DNA of 64,000 nt. Origin: Raillietiella orientalis. Lineage: Eukaryota. The notes under the pieces are model-generated. The model saw only the letters and a list, made by a program, of their open reading frames with translations. It had not been told where the DNA came from and did not search any database. Position 1 is the stretch's first letter, and every line of letters starts with the position of its first letter. The DNA lies in assembly GCA_036172245.1 (NCBI GenBank), contig JAYWIR010000004.1:4898001-4962000 (forward strand), in the 5' to 3' direction. Below, in pieces: positions 24,401 through 34,600 of the stretch. Position numbers and translations under genes: made by a program.

Positions 24401-27400
24401 GGAGCAGCGTCCCCGGTAAGCGCCTCCGAGTTTGCGCCCTCCACGTCCAAATGGAAACGCCTTGATGAATCCTTTCTTTCTTTCTTTTTGTCTTCTTAGA
24501 ACGCGTTCTAGATCGGGAGGCCAAAGGGAACGTCTTTTCATGCTTTCGCGTCTGCGGCTTTCTTGCGCGGGAGGATTCTTCACCATCGCGAGGTGTGCTT
24601 CGGGCGAGTGTTTACGCCCTCCAGTGCTCGTCGTGAGGCGCGGCCATGCGGACTCACGCAGCCATTCGCGCTGACGCAACGGCAGCAGCCGCGCTGACGC
24701 CCCCCTGGCGCGTGGCGGGCCGCACTCTGTGCGCACACCAAGCGAAGTCCCTTCGTAGCGAGAGAAGAAGCTCTGGTAGCCTCCGAGAGAAGAAGCACTG
24801 GTAGCCTCCGCCCCCCCCCCCCCCCCACTGGACTCTTGCGCAAGCCTTCTCGGATTGCGCACACAGAGAACAGAGCCCACCCACACTCGCACGGGCGTCG
24901 CACGTGCTTTCCCATAGGTTCCGGAAAAAAGTTTCGGGTTCACGGCGGCAGAGCTCAAACTCCAGGCTGTTGCTGCTGCTGTTCATTATTCCATCTTCAC
25001 CCGGGCTCTGAAAGCTAGTCGCGCGGGCGCGGGGCTGCAGGTGCGCCCCCGAACGTGGCGGGATCCCGAAATCGGCGGCGGAGCCACCAACCCAGGTTCA
25101 GCGCCGTCCTCGATGAAAGTGTCACATGACCTCCACGCCCGAGGAACTCGAGGCCACTGGTCCTTCAAGGATGTTGTTTCAAGCGTGCAAACGGGAGAGG
25201 AATGGAAGGAGGGGGGAGAGACGTCGCGGTCCCTCAGGGGGTTCTCGACGCTCTGTCCAGAAGACGTCGTGAAGGTTTCGCCTCTCCTGACCGACACGAG
25301 TCTTTTTGCCCCTCCCCCCTCCCCCGTCTTTCCCCGGCTCAGATTCTCGTAGGAGCTGCCAGCTCTCCCTTCCAGGAAGAGGCGAGACCTCCTGCTGCCG
25401 CGGGAACTTCAGGGAAGGATGGGGGAGGGAAAGGATCCTTGGAGCCGAAAGGGACCACAAGATCATCCCCGCGGAACCATCGCGAGAAGAGGGAGAATTT
25501 CCAGAGCGGGCACGCCTTATGTCCCGGCCATCCACTGGCACCACGGGCGGGCGGGGATGACCGGAGCGGGCCACAGTCTCTGCATCCAGCTCGCCGCGAG
25601 CCTTTTTCTCTCCGCGTTCTCCTTGCTCCCAGCCTCGTCTCACAGCTTCGTGCGCGCACTGCTCGTGGGCGTCTGTACGGGAAAACGTTCCATTAACGTG
25701 CAATTTGTTCATGTTGAATTTATTAATTACATAACCATATATTGGCAGCTATTTTTGCTAACATAAAATTAAATTTCATATAATTCGGATTATAGAAATT
25801 AAATTCAGTCATGAGAATTTTTAGTGTTTATAGTTGTAAAATACAAATATTGAAAAATATGAAAGTGTTTTCCAGTTTTCCTAGGGAGTTCTAGTTTTGT
25901 TATTCAGTGTAACTTTTCCATATCATATTACAGAGTATAAGATATTCGTGAATAATCGAAACGTTCGAGGTGGTCACATACCGAGCTCCATTTTCCAAAT
26001 CCCTCAAAGATAATGTTGTAAGCATACATTTCATATCAGGTACCAAATAAAAACGTCCTGCTCATAAATATCTCATTCGTACCACATGTGAAAGTTGTAT
26101 TATCTATGTTGATGACTACTTTCGATGCAGTCAAATTAAATTTTATGAGGTATTTTACACTGTACAGATGCATGCACTTCCGCCGCGGAGCCAGACTGGA
26201 GGCAGGCAGGCTTTTTGAGTTGGACACTGTATTTTTAGGCTGCATTGTTGGGCGCCATGCTGATCACGCGAACTGACGTCACTTCGCGAAGGCGGACCCG
26301 AGTCGGGACGACGGTTTTAAGTGGTTCACCCTTGTGAAATTTGGACTTTGCAAATTAAAAGCAATAAAATTTTCGAATAACCACAATTACATCGAGGTTT
26401 CGTCAGGAGGAGGAGGGAAGAAGCCAAAAAAGAATAAGGAAACATGCCTCAGGTGAGCTACGAGGAAGGGGATCAGCAGCATCACAGCCGCGTCGTAGCA
26501 GCGAAGGAGCAGCGGCGCAAAGGGTTAGGGGAAACTTTCGCTTTCGATCCGCTCTCATTCGGAGGCGTCGGTGCGGCAGCGCCCTCGCTCACCCGCATAG
26601 TCCGTCCATGACGGCGCCGCGCCGCCCCCAAGAGAGGCTGTGACGGAAGTTCGAGACGACCTGCTGCGGTTCTCGGAAGAGCGCCTACGGTAGAGTTCCA
26701 AGTCGATACGAGGTCGGAGTGAATCAGCTCCGTGACCGCCGGAAGGATGAAGCGGGCGATGGCCGCCCTCTCCCTCCTCCTCCCTTCAGCAGCGGCCACG
26801 GTGGTGACAGCACGCCGAACCTCGTGGCACGGTTCACTCGCCTTCGTCCCCTCTCCCGGGCCTGTCCCGCGGGGCGGGGGATTCGCTCTGCGCCTACCCA
26901 CCAGAACTGTCCCGGTTTCATCGGCTTCGGCGCAATCCTCCTCCTCTCTGAGGGGGTGAGGTGGCCCCACTCCTCGGATAGGCACCCCCAGGGTCCTACG
27001 TACTCTTCGGTCAGGGAGGACAGCCTCTCCAGCTTCACCAGGCGGCAGGAACCTCCTCCGGGTGCGGCCACCTGCAAAAGGGAGAACCAGAGCGTCGTTC
27101 CCTCCCTCCTTCCCCTCACCTTTTCGACGCGGTGGATCCGATAGGACACCTCGGGAGCTATCCCAAGCAGCGTGCTGCTGTCGTCGTCCTGCTAAGGGGA
27201 GCACGCTCATCAAGGGAGAGGTGGAGGTGGGGGAGCGACGGGACATTCCCTGGAGGAGGGGGGCGGCCTCCCGGGAACGGGCGCAGCGATGGTCCAGGGG
27301 AGGGAAGGGGGTGGGGTCGAGGGTGAAAGGGAGGGACAGGACACTGCCTAACCCACTCCTCCTCCTCCTCCTCCTTCCTCGACCGACCGACCGCCAGCGA

Positions 27401-30400
27401 GCGCGGAGGAAAGAAGAACAGTGCGGTGGCAGGTGTTACCTTGGAGGCCGCCGCGCTCCTGGCGACACACGTCGCCAAGGAGCTCGCATTCAGCACGCTC
27501 CTCAGCAGCCCGAGCACGGAGGCGGGATCCTCGCGCAAGCTGAGGCTCTCCGTCACGCCTCCCGTCAGGTCCATCAGTGCCTCAATGGAGCAGCAGTACT
27601 TGAGCATCTCGTACGAGCCATGCAGCCTGTAGGGAAGGGATTGGTGGAGGAATGCGCTCCCGGTAGCGGCCCCTCCCCCACTACCCGCCCATCCCTCCTC
27701 CTGCGAGGACCCGCCCGCCTACTTGGCGTACGCCTTCTCCAGGAGCAGAGGCCACAGGGCCGCCGAGCGCCCGGGTTGCAGGAATGCGAACCTCCCGTCG
27801 ATCGTGGGCAGTCTGTCGTCCACGACGACCTCCTCCCACTTGCCACACCACCAGAACCGGAAGCGGAATGCCCCCGCGTAGTCCGAGCCGAAGGACTGGT
27901 TCGCCGGCACCACCCGGTAGAAGAACCCCCTGCACGTGTGCAGGATGCCCAGGCAGGAGCAGAACCACCGGTCTCCTGGAAGGCACGAGGATGAGCCAAC
28001 GCCGTTCCTTTCTCCTCCCCTCCTGCCCCCGTCAGGAGGCGAGCCAAGCAGAGGAAATGTGAGCGACGGCTGCCGAGATCTCAGGACGAACCACGGGCGC
28101 GTGGAGCAGGGAGGAAAGGAACGGCCGATCCTGCCTCCCTCCCCGTCCCTGCACCCCGTCGGCATGGCGACGGCTGCGGAAGACGCAGCCTGATCCGGCA
28201 GCTCGCCTGCGCTCTTCGGGGCGGGACAAGGAGCAACCTTGCTCTTTCAGAGGCTCGGGATGCAAGAGTCCCTCGCGCTCCGCTCCGCATCCCTAGGGAC
28301 GTCCCACAAGGTCTCGCCCGAAGCCCCTTAGGAAGTCCCCGGGACCTTTCGTTCTTCCCGAGCCTCCCTTCGAATTCATCGCCATCGCTTCTCTCCTTGC
28401 CTTTCCCATCGGGTGCACCTCTCTGGCAGCACCTGCGTCCCGTTGCTAAGCACCATCCTAGCCGCTGCCCTTATTCGTGCCGAGACTTTTTCTTCCGGGC
28501 TCGCCACAACCGCTCCCCATCTACTCAGGACCCCTTGCTGGCGTGAAAGAGCGCACGCTGCATCCTTCGGGATGCGAGCAGCAGGGGCAGAAGCAGAACG
28601 CTCAATCCTTCCAAGGGGAGGCTGCCTCCGCCCCCCGCTTCCTCCTAGAGGTGGGGGTCGCAGATCCGCCTCCCGATTCGAAGGAACGGGACAGATGGCG
28701 GCGCGAATTATTATTATTTTTTTTTAAAAAAAAAGGCAAAAAAGAGAACGACGGAAACCATCCGGGTAACCTGAAGGTTACTTAGGGAAAGAGCACGCGC
28801 ATAAGGAGGTCCTCTGGCGCCGTCTCCAGCCTGTCCGGAAACTTTCCTGCTTGCCCTCCGTTTCTCCTTGTGCTGGTCCAGGGTCGCGTTCCTTCAGCTG
28901 CCCCTTCATCGGGCCTCCTACCTAGCGAGACACCATTTTCATTCCCACCTCGTATCAGAAGGAAACGGTTGGTTCCCTTGGGCCTGAAAGGGCGGAAAAG
29001 GGGCTGGGGACCTTCCTCCTGTATACCCTCTGCCTTTCCCCCACCTTCATAGGGATGACACACGCGCGCCTTCTCGCTCCTCAGAGCGTTCTTCCCGTGG
29101 TCTCCTGGGGATGCGCACCAACCCCCGTTTCGCCGCCTGCAGCCATTCCTCCCCGCTCAGCAAGACCTCCTCCCTTCTCCAGACTCTCCATTTCTCCACC
29201 CACCCTCCTCTCTCTCTCGCGCGCGCGCGCACCCGTCACCACTCTCTCATTGATACCCACTGAGGGTGCTTTTCTCGCCTCACTGATGAACCCATATTCC
29301 TTTGGTGCGCTGCAAAGTAACCAATTTACGGCCACCAAGAGACAGGAAGAGGCTTTCAATCCTTGGTGGTTTCACCCACGTTTCCCAGCTAAGTCTAAGG
29401 CGGCGAAGCATCATCTCCCAGGGTAACCACGATTCGCCGAGGTCTCCTTTCCCGGAAAGGAGTTCGCACTTCCACGATCATGCCAGCGTGTTCTAGAAGG
29501 ATCTCCTCATCTCTCTTCGAGGATTCCTCCAGTTGCAGCTACTTGCATATGTACGGCATACGCAATGGATAGAGATCTCTTCCGAAGGCACTGCCTCCGA
29601 CAAAACTTGCAGGCTCAGCAGCAGCAGCCCTGCGCTCTATACTATCCAGCGCACCGCCGCCGGGAAGAAGTAGCGCATGCGCTGTGCAGCTCGCTCGAAA
29701 CGTCCACTTTCCAGCCTCATCTTTCCCCAGCCGCACCGTTCCTCCTCGAGCTATTCTCGGGACTCGAACCCAGCTCCGGCCCGTCGTCCCCTTCGCTGCC
29801 ATCTGCAACATGCGTATCTCCGTTTCCCGGGCATTCCTGCGGGAGACGCGTCTCCTTCACTGAAGGAAAATGAAACTTGAGCTGAAACCGGAGTGACAAG
29901 TCTCCCGAGCTCGCGCACGAGAGCCTGCTTGTATGGCTTCCTCAAACATTCAGATTTGACGCATGAGAGGATGTTGTCATTGATCCAGATGAGCCTCTTG
30001 TGCAGGAGGGGGAAAAAAAAAAAGAGAAAAGGGAAGAAGGGAGGTTCCTTTTGGTTCCCACATGCCCCTGCTTTTGGGCTGAAAATCCAGAAGATTAGGA
30101 ATCCTTGACCAGAGACAAGCCGAAGGGAACAACACGAACACCAAGCCGAAGGGTTTGGAATTTGGGCCCGCTGCTGAACGCGGTGCCAGGAGCGGCGGCA
30201 GGCAAAGAGTTGGTTCACAAACTTCAACCACTTGCCCGCTACGGAACACCCGCAGGTTTCCTCGCACTCGAAGCATTCTTGAGTATCCGCGCTACCCGAT
30301 CCTTCATCCGCCCTTCCTGCCTCCTCCGTCTCAGGGACATCCCTCGCTTTGTGGGTGGCATCCAGTCCTTAGGGACGCGGCCTTCCTCGCGAGCCACCGC

Positions 30401-31627
30401 CCCTCCTGCCGGCATCTCCGCGTCCGCTACCTCTCCACCGACACAATGCGGACAGACGTGACGGGTGACGGTGGCATCCTGAGAAACCACATGGTATGCC
30501 CTGCCCCGGAGAGACAAACGCCATCTGGATCGACACCGGCAGACGGAACACCGTGATGAGCAACGTGCGTGAGAGGAGGATGCGGACATGCTTCCGAGGG
30601 AAAAGAGGAAAGAATTATCTATTATTTGCTGCGGGATCAGGAATTACAGATAAAGAAAGCCAAGGATTTACCTAGTCTTCCCGGGATTGCATCGAAGGCG
30701 CTATCCTTATGCTCGAGAAACTTTGGCGATTCCATTATATCCTGCAATGGAAGGCATGAATTTTCACCCACCCGCACATTTTTATGCGCGTGCGCGCGCC
30801 TCTAATCCAAACATCTGCTTCCACAGAATGAGCATGCAAAATCCCATTGAAAACATCAGCTGCTTACGAGACGGAAGTCGAAAGCGTACGTCGTGTGTGT
30901 GTGCGTGTGTGCCTTCAGCATATGTACAGACTGGTGTATTTACTCGTGTGCATATGAATGTGCCTCCCGCAAAAGCGTTTGCAAGCTGAGTCGGCAACGT
31001 TACCCCTACGTGCTGTGTGAAGACGCTAGTGAACACGTTCCCTGTTCTTGAAGAGGGAGCAGGAATTCTGACGTGTGTTGTACTCGGAGCTCGCCACAGC
31101 TCGTGGAACACTTTCTTGAGAAGCCGGTGACCGAGTCAGCTGCTCCGCGCGTCCTTACATGAGTGGTTTTTTTTTTTTTTGAAGTTGCAGGTCGGAACCG
31201 AACTCGGCAAAGCGAAATGGTTGCCTAGGTGAGCAACCTACTGAAACCTCTACGGCTACTTATTTCTTTTTTCGTGTCCGGGAATATTTGGCTTTCCATC
31301 GAAAATTGACGGCCACCATGGGAGGCGTCGAGGCGTCCCTCGGACACCGCGTTTCGTGTGCACGCTGGACTTCCAGAGCTCCCCGGGGAACATTTGGAAC
31401 TTGAGCAGCCATCCGCGGATCAGCGATCAGGAGCGAGCAAAGCTTCCCCCCGTCATTGTGAAACCGAGAGCCCCAGAATCTTTCCGTACTTTTGGTCTGC
31501 TCCACTGGAACTTGAGAGAGGGCACGTGATGGTAAAAGATGGAGTTCTGAGTGGCTGGAAAATCGGGATCTTCCCAAAGTTTCCCTTTCTTCAAGCAAAC
31601 CTTCCTGATTTTCTCTAAGGACGACAT
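15375..31627 (-). CDS. CalpC: Calpain-C-like inactive calpain (CysPc + domain III + penta-EF domain), 16 coding exons, 1983 nt, 660 aa
   Basis: All introns are GT-AG and phase-compatible. Exons: 31490-31627, 30672-30741, 27723-27975, 27440-27626, 27120-27188, 26902-27071, 24117-24289, 23846-24069, 23675-23793, 20692-20737, 19035-19158, 18935-18993, 18706-18853, 15605-15721, 15447-15505, 15375-15401. Motifs: LWEDPDFPA, GRLGDRW, VDDRLPT, LEKAYAKLHGSY, DLTGG, TAGGCRN, FYINPQ, PTTFEP, NHTKEKTGILRAERLRD, YMRKDGTLRFGDF. Confidence 0.93.
15447..15505 (-). CDS. CalpC: CalpC coding exon 15 (NLFIKKDTQRYGTVKLTLYE)
   Basis: atctag|AT ... GAG|gtaagt. Confidence 0.88.
15605..15721 (-). CDS. CalpC: CalpC coding exon 14 (GFDLNTELLSVLTLKYMRKDGTLRFGDFILAVLHLNIAF)
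   Basis: tttcag|GT ... A|gtgagt; not in the ORF track. Confidence 0.92.
18706..18853 (-). CDS. CalpC: CalpC coding exon 13 (NESRGRLDFSNFKQFLSSLKHWQ...AERLRDCLAEV)
   Basis: ttccag|AAC ... G|gtgagt; penta-EF region. Confidence 0.92.
18935..18993 (-). CDS. CalpC: CalpC coding exon 12 (DYVKSCATLEVCKEVVLTYD)
   Basis: gtttag|AT ... GAT|gtaagg. Confidence 0.9.
19035..19158 (-). CDS. CalpC: CalpC coding exon 11 (QSFVGENGFVQYYSMFMQLADEHRRISVFDLQELLDNCLPN)
   Basis: NAGNAG acceptor (ttcag|CAG) and donor G|gtgagc; FMQLADEH motif. Confidence 0.9.
20692..20737 (-). CDS. CalpC: CalpC coding exon 10 (YLDFVPSITKPIFLQ)
   Basis: tttcag|G ... CAG|gtaagc; 46 nt, bridges phase 2 to phase 0 exactly. Confidence 0.8.
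23675..23793 (-). CDS. CalpC: CalpC coding exon 9 (VSQRCCLQKGFYLLVPTTFEPGEEADFTLRILSRHPLHI)
   Basis: gctaag|GTG ... GT|gtaagt; PTTFEP motif. Confidence 0.9.
23846..24069 (-). CDS. CalpC: CalpC coding exon 8 (DTFYINPQLLL...LEPKVIGFSIF...NSQYTNSKQ)
   Basis: ccccag|AT ... CAG|gtaagc. Confidence 0.92.
24117..24289 (-). CDS. CalpC: CalpC coding exon 7 (MLYSDFLRIFTHLELIHLD...GSWQRGVTAGGCRNYP)
   Basis: cctaag|G ... G|gtggag; start of domain III. Confidence 0.92.
24759..24826. repeat. 25-bp tandem duplication followed by a C16 homopolymer
   Basis: CGAGAGAAGAAGC(T/A)CTGGTAGCCTC x2 (24759-24808); C16 at 24811-24826. Confidence 0.85.
26902..27071 (-). CDS. CalpC: CalpC coding exon 6 (VAAPGGGSCRLVKLERL...EEYVGPWG...GQFW)
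   Basis: ttgcag|GTG ... TG|gtgggt; G.W...S.EW and G.FW motifs. Confidence 0.9.
27120..27188 (-). CDS. CalpC: CalpC coding exon 5 (DDDSSTLLGIAPEVSYRIHRVEK)
   Basis: tagcag|GAC ... AAG|gtgagg; occupies the catalytic-His region. Confidence 0.8.
27440..27626 (-). CDS. CalpC: CalpC coding exon 4 (LHGSYEMLKY...DLTGGVTES...AASK)
   Basis: ctacag|G ... AAG|gtaaca. Confidence 0.92.
27723..27975 (-). CDS. CalpC: CalpC coding exon 3 (GDRWFCSCLG...VDDRLPT...LLEKAYAK)
   Basis: ttccag|GA ... AA|gtaggc; CysPc core motifs. Confidence 0.93.
30672..30741 (-). CDS. CalpC: CalpC coding exon 2 (DIMESPKFLEHKDSAFDAIPGRL)
   Basis: ttgcag|GAT ... CTA G|gtaaat; phases fit exons 1 and 3. Confidence 0.85.
31490..31627 (-). 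CDS. CalpC: CalpC coding exon 1 (MSSLEKIRKVCLKKGKLWEDPDFPATQNSIFYHHVPSLKFQWSRPK)
   Basis: ATG at 31627-31625 and donor AAA|gtacgg. An upstream acceptor (gtttcgtttcag, exon start 31658) suggests a further 5' UTR exon. Confidence 0.9.
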
Positions 31628-34600
31628 GTTGTTTCCCTGGGAAAGCTTCGATTCCAGCCTGAAACGAAACAGAGCAATTTCACTTTGGGTTCTGAGCGTT
31701 TCGTGCTTGTCATCGAGTGCAACAACGGTAGTCACTCTGGCGGTAACAGTCTTGGGTCAAAGTCACGGTTCGTGCACTTTTGCAAGAGACGTACTGTTCC
31801 CATAATGGAATCCGGACATGAGTGGAAACGGTGGTGACCCGATTAGTTTGTCCCACGTTAACCGACACAAGCTTCTTCCTTTTTTAAAAAAATAACAGAT
31901 CACTTCGCATCATCCATTAGAACATGAGTTGTAGCTGGAAGAAAAGCAGAGGAGTGGTCTCGCAATTCGGAATGGCCCGTGATTCCAGCTGCTACCCCCA
32001 GGTGGCTATTCCAGGCGATACTTTTAGTCTGTGGAATCGGAACCGGCGAGGGACCACAGAGCACGGCGGGGTCGTTCGAGCTGACTGGCAACGATGACTG
32101 TGGACTGTAGACGGCGGAGAGCGCGAACCCTCACTGGACATCCAGCGATGCCATTAGCGATGAGTGTCATCCTGGGCAACCACATGGATGCCTTCTTCCT
32201 CTCACGATCGGGAGGGTGGCAAACAAAGTCCACCTACCCGTTACGGATGAGCCCCCCGGATCACAATTTCTGCCTCGAGTCCCACTTCGTAACACCCTGT
32301 GTTGTCACCCACGCGCTCACGGAGTCTAAAATCGGGACGAGCGATTTCGGGTGCACGCAAGAGCGTGGGAGGAGTGACATGATTCCATGCTCCGCGAAAA
32401 GGAGCGAGGAGCCAAAAGGTTCAGGTTGGGTTGCAGAGATGAACGTTCGCCAGCACCGGGTTCTCCCGGGACGGCGCGACAGACGGTAGTTGGAGGCGGA
32501 GGTGGGCGGAAGAAGCACGTAGTGTATGTGTGCTCCGCGAGAAGGAGAGAGGAATGTCGGCGGCGATCATTTCGCATCATTTCACCGTCTGAAGAAAACT
32601 GCCTCAGATGGAACGGGGTCGCCTTCACCGACCCAGTGCCAATGGCAGCGGTCTCGAATAGAAACCCTGATGCGACGGACGCGCCCTCTTCCGTCACCCA
32701 GGCCGCGGTTCAGTCCGGAGAGCACCGACTGATTTTCGAAAAGAACCGTCAGCAATTCAAGGGGAGAAAAATGATCTGACACATTTCAAATCATCGAAAT
32801 TGTAGCTGTTTAAATTACAGTTACGAAATGTTCAAAATTCCCCCCTCCCCTCCAAAAAAAAAAAACATGATGATGCAGAAGAAAGAGGAAGATCAATAGG
32901 AAAAGGTCGCTGCCACCGATTTAAACATGATCGCAGTTTCCTCGAGGCAAGCGCTTCCAGGCTGCCTGATCTGTTGTCACCAATAAAATCCAGATTCCGG
33001 ATCCCTGCTTCACCTCGGCACCCGGCGAAAATCGAAATGGAGACTTGCTGCACCCGAAAGCATCTTGAACCACACACTCGATGCCTCTATGATGAGACCT
33101 CTGCGCGACGTGTGAAGGCCAATGGAATGCAGCTGAGCATACTGGTCTCCGCGGATCTGACCTCACACCTGCTCTCCAAACGGTTCCCGGAAGAAGCATA
33201 GGAAGGAAATGGATACCGGAAAAAGCACAAGTGCGTTCCTGCCGCATAATCGGCAGCAAGAGGAGATGGACTCCCACGGAACTCCCATCGGGAGAAACGG
33301 TTTAGAATGAGGCATTCTAAACAGAAGAATGCAAACAAACAATCTGCCCACGAACAAGCATCTTCACAGGACGTGCGCGCGCTCCAACTCGTTCGAACGA
33401 GACGCACCCTACTTCGTGAACTCCAGGGGTCAGACACGAAAAAATGCGCCTAAATCCATTCTTTTTTTCTTTTCTTATTTTTTTTTTCTTTTACAATCCA
33501 GTGGCACCGGAACGTTCCGCTCTTCTCCGACAGAACGTGTATTTTATATTCGCGATAGTAAAAGGTGGGAGTGTAGTCTGAATGCCGCCGCCTCCCCAGC
33601 CAGGAAGGCCCAGCCTTTTAGACTTCCTTCCTTTGCGTTATATAAATGCAGAGTTCCTGCTGGACGCCAGCAGGCAAACTCGGGTTAAGGAAGCGGAGTC
33701 GCAGCTTTGAGAAGAGTGCAGGCTCATCTCAGGGCACGCGCCCAAGGGAAGCAGAAACGAGCCTGCTTCTTCGAGAATTCGAAACAGATTTCATGGAGGA
33801 AGTAAACTGCAGTGGAAGCATCCAAGAGTCCAGGCATGAAGTTCATGCGGGCCGAAAATAAGCCAAAATAAGCAACAGCATTTCGCTGTAAGCGGCATCT
33901 CTTCTACAAGTCTTCCTAATCAATAAAGTCACCTGCGGGATGGAGGAGGAAAAAAGTCGCATACTGGAACAATGGAGCTACCCGGTCGTCCTCGGAAGAG
34001 TTTGGAAAGCAAGGCGATTTTTTCAGCAGCCGCACCACCGCTCAGAAGCCATGATCGATAACAGCCAACTGCATTACCCGCATTTTTTCATCCCTCTCCT
34101 GCCTTTCGTAGGAGAAAATATTCCGAGTTGCTTGCTCCTATCCGCGGAAAGCACAGGACTTGCCTTTGCCATGGTGACAGTTCCATAATCACGCAGACTG
34201 CACTTCTGAACAACATCAGATCGCAGAGCAAACGAGCAGTCTTGCTGAAGGAAAGCACGCATCGGTGGAAGAAAAGGGGTCTTGTGCAGTCTGGAAATCC
34301 AATTCCGAAGCTCGGAATGAATCTAGAAGAGCTGGAGGAAAGGTGGAGCAGGTGGTGAATGACTGAATCTTCTTGCTCTACTTCTCGTCCTAGAAGTCGC
34401 TCATACATAAGGCTCATACACGGCGCGCATAATCTTGAAGCGCTCCACCAATTCAACCAAGGGAAGGAGAGCAGCAAGCAGATAGAGGAGACTGGCATCC
34501 CTGCTTGTCGAGGTGGAGACACCGGACCTTACGTATTCGACAAGGTCTTGTGGTGGCCACTTGTTTACCTCCCCTGGAGCTTCATCCACAGCCATGTGGA

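Noticed and set aside
27062..27994. 310-aa plus-strand ORF
   Set aside because: Antisense shadow of GC-rich CalpC exons 3-5.
29757..29775. Minus-strand B-box GGTTCGAGTCCC suggesting a tRNA or SINE
   Set aside because: No A-box or cloverleaf around it.
29889..29996. 108-nt cassette exon candidate in CalpC intron 2
   Set aside because: Weak splice sites; in the required phase it contains a stop, and it has no calpain similarity.
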